Assembly: GCF_009914755.1 (NCBI RefSeq)
Contig: NC_060939.1
From: the human T2T-CHM13v2.0 reference genome, Homo sapiens
Direction: 5' to 3' (one strand)
DNA length: 64,000 nt
Below the pieces are notes generated by a model, which searched no databases, had not been told where the DNA came from, and worked only from the letters and a program-made list of their open reading frames with translations. A program made the translations under genes and the position numbers. Below are positions 51,197-64,000 of this stretch, piece after piece. The first letter of the stretch is position 1, and each line of letters begins with the position of its first letter.

Positions 51197-52486
51197 CCAG
51201 CTTCAAGTAATCTTGACCATCCTATAGCATGGATACCATGGTGCTATCCATGGTGTCTGGGAACATGATGACAGGAGGAATAGCATGCCATTCATTATAA
51301 TGTTCCCGATAATCCTTCTAGGTCTAATTGATAAACCCTACTCCACAAATGTAGAATTGCTTCTAGTTACCAAAAGCACCTATGGATGATGTATGATATA
51401 GATATCCACTGGCAAGTCAAGACTAGCAAATATTTTCAAAATCAGAAGCAATGAGATATCATAGTTTCCTTCAATTCTTTTGGGAGCAAGGCAGGTTGAC
51501 CACAAACACATCAACATACTACTCTGTGAATAAACCAAAAACCATTGAATAGTACACTTTAAATGGTGAATTATATGGTATAAGACACATATCTCAATAA
51601 AGCTGTTATTTTTAAAAATCAACAAAACATGTTTTAACCAAAATATTCGTTTCCAGAAAAGTATCCCAAGAACCTAGCTATTGTCCTTAAAATGTTTATA
51701 CTGCTGGAAAAACTTACAAAATGGAAGCCTTGTTAAATTGCTGTGACAAAACCATTACCATTCTGGCTAAAAAGAAGAAATTGAACAGTCTCTTGTCCTT
51801 CACTGTAATAGGAACTGATCTGTATCACACATTAAAATCTGCCCTTAAGATCTGAATGACATTTTTTTAAAGAGCACTTTTCAGATTTAACCACAATGTT
51901 AAATACCATAATTATGGCATATCACTAATACATCTTTCCTTGTAATCTATCCTAGAACTTCCTTCCTATAATCCTCTGCAAGGGGAAGATCCTTGTGCTT
52001 ATCCACTGATAATACTTCTAATGATTTTCCTATTCCTCTAGTAATTACAATAGTAGTTTTTATCTCTGGAATCAGCCCAACCTTCCCCATGTCCCAACCC
52101 ATTCCCTAACTTCTACTAATAAATATCATACCAGCTGTCTGCCTGCTGTTGAGGTAACAGCAGGTTATTTATGCCCCTATAGATTCAAAGTGGGTCAAGA
52201 ATGTAAGAAGCAGACTATGAGCGTGTTGAGGGAAAGGACTGTATCTTGTTCATTGTTAAATCCTCTAAACATTAAGCAAAGTACCTGGCACACAGGATGC
52301 CTGATAAGTATTTCTGCTTGCCATTAAGCTAAGGCCCATTCACAAAAAGAATTTGCCAACAAATAACCAAGTAACCAGACTATTAATTAGGCATAAGTAT
52401 ATTTAGAAGAAGGCAGTGTAAGCCCCAACTTCAGTCTTGATCTCTAAGCCAGTCTGTCTTTATAATGACAAAGAGGTTAAAAAAAA

Positions 52487-53005
52487 TTTTTTTTCAACAC
52501 ACGGTCTTGCTGTTTTGCCCAGGATGGAGTGCAGTGGCACAGTCATGGCTCACTGCAGCCTCAACCTCCCAGGCTCAAGCAATCTTCCTGCCTCAGCTGA
52601 TCATCCTGCCTCAGCTCTCGAGTAGCTGGGACCGCAGGCGTGACTAACTCGCCCAGCTAATTTTTATTTATTTATTTATTTATTTTTTGAGACAGAGTTT
52701 CGCTCTTGTTGCCCAGGCTCGCGATCTTGGTTCACTGCAACCTCCGCCTTCCAGGTTCAAGTGATTCTCCTGCCTCAGCCTCCTGAGTAGCTGGGATTAC
52801 AGGCATGCGCCACCACGCCCAGCTAATTTTCTATTTTTAGTAGAGACGGGGTTTTGCCATGTTGGTCAAGATGGTCTCGAACTCCTGACCTCAGGTGATT
52901 CACCCACCTCGGCAACGTGTTGGGATTACAGGCGTGAGCTACCGTGCCCAGCCTAACTTTTTAATTTTTTTGTAGAGACCAGGTCTCATTATGTTCCTCA
53001 GGCTG
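52487..53005 (-). mobile_element. AluJ fragment with AluS nested in its linker
   Basis: J right arm, AluS at ~52661-52953, then the J left-arm remainder. Confidence 0.82.
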
Positions 53006-53221
53006 TTAAAAGGTAAATTTTAAAATAGATTGTGATAAAGCTGTGACAGAAGCCCAAAACTTTACCATTTACAAATCACAACATCTTTTCAATTTTTTCT
53101 CCCAAATTATCCTGGGGGAAAAAAGCATTCGAAATCCAACAACAATTTATTATCCACTCAGTCTCTAGTTAAGCAGCCTACTATTAGGTGACTCAAAGAT
53201 GACTGCTCACCATATAGAACG

Positions 53222-53441
53222 GAGGGTGTCCAATCTTTTGGCTTCCCTGGGCCACACTGGAAGAAGAATTTTCTTTGGCCACACATAAAATACACTAATG
53301 ATAAATGATGAGCTAAAAAAAAAATTGCAAAAAAAACACAACAACCCATGTTTTAAGAAAGTTTACGAATTTGTGTTGGGGCACATTCAAAGCCGTCCTG
53401 GGCCCACATGCGGCCCATGGGCTGCGGGTTGGACAAACTTG
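53222..53441 (+). mobile_element. MER30 (hAT-Charlie)
   Basis: gggtgtccaatcttttggcttccctgggccacactgg...gcgggttggacaaacttg. Confidence 0.85.
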
Positions 53442-53849
53442 ATGTAGAAGTGGAGGGGATGGGCTACACAAAGTAACCAAGGAATGTTTACAGACTGATT
53501 ATCTCTTCATGTGAAAATGATTTTGATATTTCTTAATATCGACCTCATAAGTTCCTTATGAGGATTATGAGTTCATATTTTTAAAACGCTTAAAACAGTA
53601 CCTGGCACATAGCAAGCACCATATTAAGTGTTTAAGTTACTTTTAATCAGTTTCCAATTGCATTCGTTCATATGTTAGAGATCTACAATGCCTAAAGAAA
53701 TTACCAGGTTGAGAGAGAAGTTCCAACTGTACAGTCGTTAAATCTAAAACTAGAAAGAAAGAGGTCTCAGACAATGTTTCATGCAAGCTCATTTCATGGT
53801 TGAAGAAATTAATCATATATCTCATATTTGCAGAGAAATTCATAGGTTA

Positions 53850-54045
53850 CAAAAAGCTTTCACAACGATTATTAAGTTTGATTCTCACAACAGCTTGTAA
53901 GGGATGCAAGGCAAGTATAATTAACTGCATTTACTCATTAGGAAATCGAACCAGAGATGTTAAGTGACTTGTCCAAGGTCACAGTTAGTAAGTCCCGGCT
54001 TGAATCCAGGTCTCTTGATGCCCAGTCTTCTTTCCTCTACAAAAC
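53850..54045 (-). mobile_element. MIR
   Basis: agagatgttaagtgacttgtccaaggtcacag...tgaatccaggtct. Confidence 0.7.
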
Positions 54046-55077
54046 ACACTGCAACTTGGGCCCTGGACTTCAGTGACATTTGGAAACAATGATTCCAGTG
54101 ATTACAGGACCCTAAATGAAAGTTCTGTTGCAAACGCTAATGTGAAAAGGCAACTCTATTAACTGCATGGAGAAGTAATCAATATCTGGCAAAATATCTA
54201 CCTACACATGAGTGTACAGTATAAAATGCCATGATTACATATATTCACAAAGGTCATCACAAATCTGCGCAGCACTCAAGTGACAGTTCTCCATAATATG
54301 TCATTCAGAGATCGCCAGACCCTGAGTATATTGATGTCAGTCTAAGAAAAGACTGCCACTTCCCTTAAACCAAACCCAGAAGGGAAAGGCTTGCCCCAGA
54401 GGATGGTAAAGACATGGAGCCTAACAAGGCTCTGCGGGATTACACGCAGGTTGCAAACTCCCAGCGATAAATGAGTACCGACCCTCCCAGCCGGTGAATC
54501 AGCTCGCGTTCATCCGGCAGCATCTTTCCCCGGGGCTCGCCACCCCCAGCGCAGCTAAACTGGGGAGCTAAAGGTGATACGGCCACCGTTTGCAGGATTC
54601 AAAATAACCTCACAGAAAGGCTAGCTGGCGGTAGAAGCGGCACTGCATACCAACACAAGACGTTATTTTAAGCGCGTGTCCCCACGAGAGAACCCATCCG
54701 ATCTACTGGAGCAAGCATCTCCCACCCGCCGGGAATTTTCCAAAGCCAAGCAGGAGGGGAGGCACGCCCGCCCTGCTAAATCCACATGGGCCCCCTTTCC
54801 ACTCCGAAGCCCGCTCTGCCCCCAGCTCGAGCAGCGCGGCAGGGGCCTGGGAGACCCCCGAGGCGGGCCACCTTCCGCCGCCTTCACCATCTCGCCCGAA
54901 AGAGGAAGGTGCCGCAGCGGGCGACCGGCTGGTAGGGCCGAGGGTTCTGAGGCGCTGAAGGGGATGGCGCTGGTGGGGCTCGCCTGGGCCCGGCGCTCCC
55001 GCCCTCTCCCCAGCCTGACAGCTGGCGGCGAGGGCCGCACAGCCCCAGTCCTCGACGCCGGCCGCGGGGTGCCTTAC

Positions 55078-55104
55078 CTTTGTGTAGAGCTCCGACGCAG
55101 CCAT
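55078..55104 (-). CDS. MYO5A: MYO5A (myosin Va) coding exon 1, codons 1-9 (MAASELYTK)
   Basis: Minus strand reads cccGCC ATG GCT GCG TCG GAG CTC TAC ACA AAG|GTAAGG. Strong Kozak context, recognised myosin Va N-terminus, canonical phase-0 donor (55072-55077), inside a CpG island. An intronic EEF1B2 retrocopy fits the 15q21 locus as recalled. Confidence 0.96.
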
Positions 55105-55223
55105 GGCGGGCCCCGCGCGCCTACGCCCCCCGCCTGTGCGGAGGCCGCACCTCGCCTGGGCGGCCGCCCGAGCGGACTAGGAAGCGCCCGCAGCCGCCGG
55201 CAGGGAGCAGGGCAGGGCAGGGC

Positions 55224-55263
55224 CGGGCGGGGAGGGCCGCGCGGGGCGGGGCGGGGCGGGGCG
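55224..55263 (+). promoter_or_regulatory. Tandem GC boxes (Sp/KLF) / G-quadruplex-forming tract
   Basis: GGGCGGGGAGGGCCGCGCGGGGCGGGGCGGGGCGGGGCG: four GGGG runs with 1-nt loops. Confidence 0.7.
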
Positions 55264-55357
55264 CCTCAGGCGCTGGCCGCCCGCAGGGGCCTCGCCATCA
55301 CTCCCGGGCTCGCCGCGAGCAGCCGCGAGCGCTCCACCTGCCCGGGGTCCTAGGGGT

Positions 55358-55430
55358 CGCCGCCGCCGCCGCAGCCACTTCGGCGGCCCGCGATGCTGCC
55401 TCCGCTGCCGCCGCCGCCACCGCCGCCGCC
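55358..55430. repeat. Interrupted (GCC/CGG)n tracts
   Basis: cgccgccgccgccgcagcc and gctgccgccgccgccaccgccgccgccc. Confidence 0.85.
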
Positions 55431-57164
55431 CTGTGCATTATGGGAGCGGGAGGAGGCTGCGCTCCAGCGCTGCCACCGCGGCTGCTCTGGGCTCTCTCGG
55501 GCTCACGCTGCCTCCCATCGGCTACGAGCACAGAGCATCATCATCATCAGCCTGCCAGCCGGCCCCGCCGCCGCCTCGCGCCCTGCCGAGGCCCGGAAAC
55601 CCGCCCGGGACGTGGGCCCCGAGGGCGCGGCACACCCCGGGCGCCCCCACCCCGAAGCGAGCCCGGGGCCCTCTGCTGCGGAGCCTAGCTCCCGCGGTAG
55701 CGCAGCCATGGCACGGGCTGTTACTGTGTCCGAGTAAACGATGGGAGCCTCCAGGCTGCTCCTCCCGTCCTTCCAAGCATTCCTAGGGAGAGGATTTAGG
55801 GGAAGCCCTCTTGAAAGACTGTAGAATAACCCAGGACTGTAGAAGAGCCTTGTCAGCAGCAGTGACCCGGGAGATGGGCAATGCAGGACCGGGAATTTCA
55901 GGTTAAGGTTGATCACCAAGGTCATTCCGAGCACCTCGATGTCTGCAGCAAAGTCGTCTCCCGATACCAGAGGGCAAGGGCCGCTTCTAAGCTACAGAAA
56001 CTTAAGTGACTTTGAAACGAGATAGCCCGGGGACAGCCCAGGTGCCTCTTTCCTAGACCTGTGCGTTTGCGGAGATGCAACTACCCTTCTGTCCCAGCCT
56101 TCTTCCCGTCCTGTTCGCTGCTGGTGATTGTCGGCTCCATGGTGGCACCTAAAGTTTATCCGGTTGCCACCTGAAAATGACGGAGTACTTACATGGAAAA
56201 TCTGTATTACAGTTTAACTCAACATCAAAAGGGCAAAGCCGCCCTCACTCTCCTCACGGTGATCCTTGAACATCCAGCACAAGAATGTGGTCTTTCTACT
56301 CCCAACCCTGCGCTGTCTTCATCCTCTATCTTCTCCCCACCCTCATTGTCGTTTCTGGTTGAATAATCTTCATTCTTTATTGTTGTCGTTGTTGTTGTTG
56401 CTGTTTTTGTTTGTTTAATCCCTGCCTCTTTGTAGTGCCCTCATCTCTCGTTTCTTTGAACTACAACTGGTCCCCAGTGCCTGTCATGGTAATCTGGTAG
56501 ACCATTTCTATCACGAACAACTCTCATGGCTGAGGCCCCCGGTTGTGTGTGTTGTGTGCGTGTGTATTTGGAGAAAGACCATTCACTGAAAGGAACGGGG
56601 CCAGTCCTTACTCCGTGGAACTCAGACCTCTCCTCTTCGCCCACAATCCCCTCAGAAATGCTAGAGGGAATGTCTACTGAGTCGAAAGTCCTACAGATTT
56701 GTCTCTGTTCCTTCCCATTGCAAAACCAAATCGCTTTCATGTTTCTGGGACCCACTCTTTCTTCACCCAGACATAAAAAGAGAAAACGTGTGCAGTGACG
56801 ACCAGCGGAACGGAAGGAGCACTGGACTGAGATTTAGGAGGCCTGGCTCCTACGCCTTGCAGTTTCTTCATGTCGTGTGCAAGGTGGTAAACACTCTGCC
56901 TGTTTTCTCACCTTCAAATAATACCTACCTCTCAGGACTGTTGAGAAATGCTGAGTATACTGAGAAAAAAAAAAACTAAAAAACTGGACGAGTTCTTGTA
57001 GGTGTGAATGCTTTCTTCATTTTCTATTTTTTTCAAGTGATGAGGAGAAAACAGAAAGGGGAATTATCCTCTTATAAGTCCAGAACGCATGCATTCAACC
57101 ACTCAAATATTTGGGGCCATACTAAGAGGAAGGTAATGGAGATGAGGAGGAGAAGAGTTTTGTA

Positions 57165-57554
<390 letters not shown>

Positions 57555-57949
57555 TAACTTCCATGTATGCGTTCATAGTCCCAAGCACCCTGTCACTAGT
57601 GAGGTGTAGAAATCAGCAATAGTTACAGCTTCTAAGGGTTTAGGATCCCCCTCTCAGAGTAGCCAGAGGGTAGTGTATTCTTAAGTTGTTAAAGTTTTCC
57701 GTTATTGCTTTATTATTGGGAGCATTTTTATGTAGGGTGTTTTCAAATGAAAACAATGTCTAGGTTTATATGAAAAATTCCATTCCTTATTTTCAACAAA
57801 TATTGGGAGCTATCATATGCCAGACATTGTTCTACATGTTGAGAATTCAGGCATGAGCAAAACAGATGAAGAGCCCTGACCCCATGGAGCTTCCATTCTA
57901 GTCAGGGAGAAAGGCAATGATAGAGTTAGAAGGTAAAGTTGGTAAGTGG

Positions 57950-58421
57950 TGTATTAGTTTCCTAGGGCTGCCATGATAAAGTAATACAAACTGTGCTTAA
58001 CCAACGGAGAGGTATTATCTCACAGTTCTGGGGTCTAGAAGTCTGAGATCAAAGGATTGGGAGGGTTGGTTCCTTCTGAGGACTGTGAAGCAGAATCTGT
58101 TCCTTGCCTCTCTCCTGCCTTCTGATAGTTTGTGGACAATCTTTGGCATTGGGCATTTTTTAGCTTTTGCTACATCCCCCAATCTCTGCCCTCATCTTCA
58201 TGTGGCAGGCTCCCTGTGTGTGCGCATGTCTCTATATCCAAATTGTTCCTTCTTATAAGGACACAGTCATAATTGAATTAGGGCCCAACCCACTGCCCTC
58301 ATCCTAAGTTGATCATCTGCAAAGATGGTGTTTCCAAATAAGGTCACACTCACAGGGATGGTGGGGTGGGGAGAGGTCAGAACTTCAACATTTTTTGAGG
58401 GACACAACTCAAACCAGAACA
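57950..58421 (-). mobile_element. MLT1 (B/C-like) MaLR solo LTR within L2
   Basis: tgtattagtttcctagggctgcc...tttccaaataaggtcacact...gggacacaactcaaaccagaaca. Confidence 0.8.
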
Positions 58422-59197
58422 GTATGCAATGAGAAAAAACATACAGAGAAGAAAGAATTTGGGGGAAGAAGCAATTTGAATTAGGGTAGTCATCAAATTC
58501 CAATTGAATTATTTTTAATTGAGGGCTTATTATATGTCAGCACTTAAGATAATAAAGATATAGAGATGAGTGAAACATGATCACTGGCCTGGAGGAGCTC
58601 ACTGCAAGGGGTGGCTGGAGGGGTAGCAGAAGAGGCAGTCCTTGCTGCACGGTCATACAAAATAGTAACTAATTCTGTAAGATTGGCCCAATTCTAGAAG
58701 TAGAAGCCCAATGCTGTGTTACTGGTTATATATAGTACATCAGTTGAGATTGGCATATCCTAATATTTAATGCTTCAGAGGACTAGGTACTGGGCATAGG
58801 TGACATTTAAGTCAGCGAGAAAGAACTCCAAATAGTTCATTGAGAGATCTAAGTGGTGATATGGATGGGAAGTCGTTTGTGGTTGAAGGACATGTGAGGG
58901 AACAGCATGAGGAAATGAAGCTATGGAACAGAAAAAAGTCAAGAATACAGTAAGGCTAACTGAAAACACTTTTGAAAGATGGGAGGCAAGTATCAGGAAC
59001 TGCTTGGCTTCCCACCTCTTCCCTTCCCCAACTCCAGCTAGTTATTCTAGCTGCCCCTCACCTGTGAGCTTAGGCAACCCTAGGAAAGGAGGATAAAAAA
59101 GTGCTGTACTTAACTCAAAAGGTACAATACTTAATTCAATATCAAATAAATAATATATGTGAAAATTTTATGTGCAAAGTATATTGTAAATGTAAAT

Positions 59198-59503
59198 TAT
59201 TTTATTTTTTATTTTTTGAGACAGAGTCTCACTCTGTCGCCCAGGCTGGAGTGCAGTGGCATGATCTCAGCTTGCTACAATCTACACCTCCCTCTCGGGT
59301 TCAAGCGATTCTCCTGCCTCAGCCTCATGAGTAGCTGGGATTACAGGCACGTGCCACCACACCCAGCTAATTTTTGTATTTTACAGTAGAAGCAGAGTTT
59401 CACTGTGTTGGCTAGGCTGGTCTTGAATTCCTGAACTCAAGTGATCCACCTGCCTTGGCTTCCCAAACTGCTGGAATTATAGGTGTGACTCACTGCACCT
59501 GGC
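59198..59503 (-). mobile_element. AluS
   Basis: Minus-strand dimer. Confidence 0.88.
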
Positions 59504-59950
59504 CTATTACTATTATTTTTATTCCCGATACCTATTACTATAATTCTGGATTCTAATCTTGTGTGTCCTAATGTATCTGTCTGATCTCTGGTCTTTTGTA
59601 CCCCAGTCTTCTAGCCTGTGTCCTGACCACCTGCTATTTGACCAGCTTGTGTATCTCTATGCTTAGCTCCATGGCACCTGATTGCTTCAAACAGTTGATT
59701 TTTTTTCTTGGATCTTTAAATACTTCCAGCCCAATTCCATAGACTTCATATTGCCTTGATCTTCCTGAATGACATCATGTTATAGTACTTGTGGACCCCC
59801 TCTCATCCTGTACCTCCAACACCCACAGACACACACTTGCCTTACATGTCGTGGTGATGGAACCTCTTGAATAGTGAAAATGACTTAGATCCAAATGGCC
59901 TAGATTCTAGTCCCAGTTCCAACCTAGAGCAAGTCAGGGGAGCTTTTTAA

Positions 59951-59993
<43 letters not shown>
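59951..59993. repeat. (AAT)14 microsatellite
   Basis: Read directly from the sequence. Confidence 0.93.
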
Positions 59994-59995
<2 letters not shown>

Positions 59996-61990
59996 CTTTT
60001 TATTTTAGAACAGTTTTAGATTACAGAAAAATTGCAAAGATAGTATGGAATTCCCATATATCCTGCAACCAGTTTCCCCTATTATAAATGTCTTACATTT
60101 TTATGATACACTTGTTACAATTAATCAGCCAATAGTGACTTGTTATAATTAACTGAAATACATACTTGACTCAGGTTTCCTTAGTTTTCCCTAATGTCCT
60201 TTTTCTGTTTCAGGATCCTGTCCAGGATGCCACATTACATTTAGTCGTCATGTCTCATTAGGATCTTCTTTATGACCTGAAGCCTTATTTAAATTTAAAA
60301 AAAATTAAAAAAGAACAAAAGATCTTCCTAGCTGACAGTTTCTCAGGCTTTCTTTGTTTTTGATGACAATTTTGAGGAGTATAGGTCAGATATTTTGTAG
60401 AATGTGTCTCAATTGGGCTATGTCTTGATTAGACTGGGATTATAAATTTGTTTTGCCTTTTTTTGTTTTTTTTTTGAGACAGGGTCTCACTCTGTCACCC
60501 AAGCTGCAGTGCAGTGGAGCAATCTAGGCTCACTACAGCCTCAATCTCCCAGGCTCAAGTGATCCTCCTTCCTTAGCCTCCCAAGTAGCTGGGACCACAG
60601 GTATGTGCCACCACGCCTGGCTAATTTAAAAAAATTTTTATCAAGACAAAGTCCTACAATGTTGCACAAGCTGATCTTGAATCTGTGAGCTCAAATGATC
60701 CTCTCACCTCAGCCTCCTCAAGTGCTGGGATTACAGGTGTGAGCTACTAAGACCACAGAGTAAAATGTCATTTTCATCACATCACCATGGTCACACTACC
60801 AACATGACTTTCCATTGTTGATATTGACCTTGATCGCCTGGCTCAGGTTGTGTTTATCAGGTTTCTTCACTGTGAAGGTGTCTTCTCCTGCTGTTATGGG
60901 CTGAATTGTGTCCCCATCCAAAATTCATATGCTGAAATCTTAATTCCCAGTACCTCAGAATGTGACTATATTTGGAGACAGTGTCTTTAAAGAAGAAATT
61001 AAGTTACAATGAGGTCAATTGGATTTAATTCAATATGACTGATGTCCTTATAAGAAGAAAAGATTAAGACACAGACAGGTACAGAGGGAAGACCATGCAA
61101 AGACACAGAGAAAACACAACCATCTGTAAGCCAAGGAGAGAAGAAACCGGAAGAAACCAACTCTGCCAACCCCTTGATCTTGAGCTTCTAGTCAGAATTG
61201 TAAGAAAATAAATTTCTGTTGTTTAAGCCACAGCTCTAGCAAACTAGTACCACAGTCCTCTTTTTCATACTGTGGTCTCGAAAGAAGTCACTATATGCAG
61301 CCCCCACCTAAAGATTGGGGCATATGCTCCACCTCCGTGAGGATGGAGTACCTAAATTATTTAGAATTCTTCTGCATGGGAGCTTTGTCTCATCTCCTCC
61401 CGTATTCATTCATTCAATCATTTATTGATATCAGTATAGATGTATGGGCATTTATGTTATACTCTGGGGTATAATTCAGTACTACTCAATCTTGTTGCTC
61501 GGGTTGTTGATGCTATGGCCATGGGGAGCTCTTTCAGTTGGCTCCTATGTCCCTTTGATACCCTCATCATTGCATGTTATTTGGTTTTAGTTTCGTTTGT
61601 TTTTCTCAGAGTACTTCCTTACTTTCTAGAACTATAAGATGCTCCAGGCTCATCCTATATATTTTCTCAGCCAGTTCTATAATCAACCATTTCTCCAAGG
61701 AGACTTTCACTGGAGAATGGTATTAGAAACCAAGATTTGGGTCTTGTTGCTACTGGGGTATTGTTGCTTCTAGGTCCTCTTAGCTACAGAGTGAGAAAAT
61801 ACTGTATGTATGTTTACTAATTCATGCATGTACACATATCTATAAGTATTTCTGTATGTGGCCCTGTGTCTATATTAAGGTAAATGTGAGTTCACACTGA
61901 TGTTTCCAACTTTAGTTCATTACCATATGAATCATTCTAGCCTCTTCCCCTTGCTTTCTATAAACTCTCACTCAGTGAAAAACCTGAGCC
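59994..61990 (-). mobile_element. L1MC/MD-type 3' fragment, interrupted by AluJ (~60457-60750, -) and an MLT1A/B LTR (~60892-61228, +)
   Basis: aactttttattttagaacagttttagattacagaaaaattgcaaag...; LTR start tgttatgggctgaattgtgtcccc. Confidence 0.7.
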
Positions 61991-62018
61991 TATCTTTTTT
62001 AGTCAGAGAAACCTACAT

Positions 62019-62776
<758 letters not shown>

Positions 62777-63062
62777 CATTAATCATGTTTTTAATCCCAC
62801 CTCCTCCTGCATATTCTCTCCATGCCCTGAACTGCCCGATTCTGTCATGCTGCAGGATCCGGTGGAAGCTGAATCAATAATTGAGTGGCTTCTGAAAGAG
62901 CACTTTTGATAGGGAACAAAATGAAGTTAGGGTCAGCCAGAAAGAATGAGTAACTCAAATATTAGGACCATAAGAATGTATTGATATATTTGGGTATACA
63001 GTACTACCTGGCTGTAAGGACCTCTTTTAATAACTTAAGGCATAGCAAATTCAAATGAATAA

Positions 63063-63373
<311 letters not shown>

Positions 63374-64000
63374 TAGGAGATATTGGATTCTTATAACTCT
63401 CTGAAGTTCTCACACACTGAAGTGGGTGACTGACAACATTGCAGTGTTGTAGTGAAGAGTCATATCAGAAGGTGTGACAGCTGTCATATTTATGTTTGTC
63501 TGTCATCTTTTCTATAATTAGGGGAAATTTCTATATTAGTCCTGCCTCCTGATAGAAATATCAGACTCAAATTTTCATCTCTTCTGTAGCTCGATGCAGT
63601 CGTATAACCTAGGCTCTAACAACCTAGATTCTAACAACCTTGATTCCTCTGTACAAGACAGGATTCAAAAGTGAGAAATGTGAGGAAAGTGGCTCTTCCC
63701 AGAACTTCCAATGAGCATAGCAGCAGAGATGAACAAATCTGGGGGATAACAGTGGTTACAGCAAGGTTGGGCTCCTGGCTTTCAGTGTTTTGTGGTGGCA
63801 AAAGCAGTAGCAGCAGCAGTTTCCATGATCAGACCGTTGCTGTAACGTGTTTCTGGGGTTGCTCCTGGAATATTTACATAAAGCTGTTTCTCTAGCCTTT
63901 CCAATAATTTTGTAAGTCATCCAGTAACTTTTAGTTACTTAGTTTGTTTATTGAGACAAGGTCCCGCTCTTATTTATTTAAAAGGCCCTGTCTCACTCTG

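Larger units (their letters stand above)
54430..55750. promoter_or_regulatory. MYO5A: CpG island / MYO5A promoter and GC-rich 5' UTR
   Basis: Abrupt rise in GC and CpG density around the ATG, with no TATA box seen. The TSS cannot be read from sequence; it is probably ~55300-55450. Confidence 0.92.

Noticed and set aside
54703-55104. 133-aa ORF beginning MAASELYTK as a standalone protein
   Set aside because: Only 9 codons match myosin Va; the rest is read-through past the GTAAGG donor into intron 1.
54663-55934. Many overlapping 77-225 aa ORFs on both strands
   Set aside because: Expected in a very GC-rich CpG island where stops are rare. They are low-complexity Arg/Gly/Pro/Ala with no recognisable domain.

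Overview
Human (or great-ape) genomic DNA, not microbial. The window covers the 5' end of MYO5A (myosin Va) on the minus strand. It contains a CpG-island promoter at ~54.4-55.75 kb, coding exon 1 (ATG at 55104, MAASELYTK, donor AAG|GTAAGG), ~55 kb of intron 1 to the left and ~8.5 kb of upstream DNA to the right. Intron 1 holds a 5'-intact but mutated L1PA5/6-type LINE-1, co-oriented with the gene and inserted into a Tigger2. It also holds an EEF1B2 processed retrocopy (EEF1B2P1) with an uninterrupted ORF, about 40 Alus, and older L1M, L2, MIR, MaLR, MER21 and hAT elements. I see no evidence for a new multi-gene system. The most unusual observations are: a 177-codon L1 ORF0 that reads out of the L1 into Tigger2; an Alu with an internal 53-bp foldback; a tail-to-tail Alu pair with a ~25-bp spacer inside one TSD-like repeat; serial retro-insertions at one target site; two perfect tandem microduplications; and a strong-Kozak candidate uORF in the MYO5A leader. 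Repeat subfamily names come from recalled consensus sequences, and repeat boundaries are approximate unless a TSD is given.
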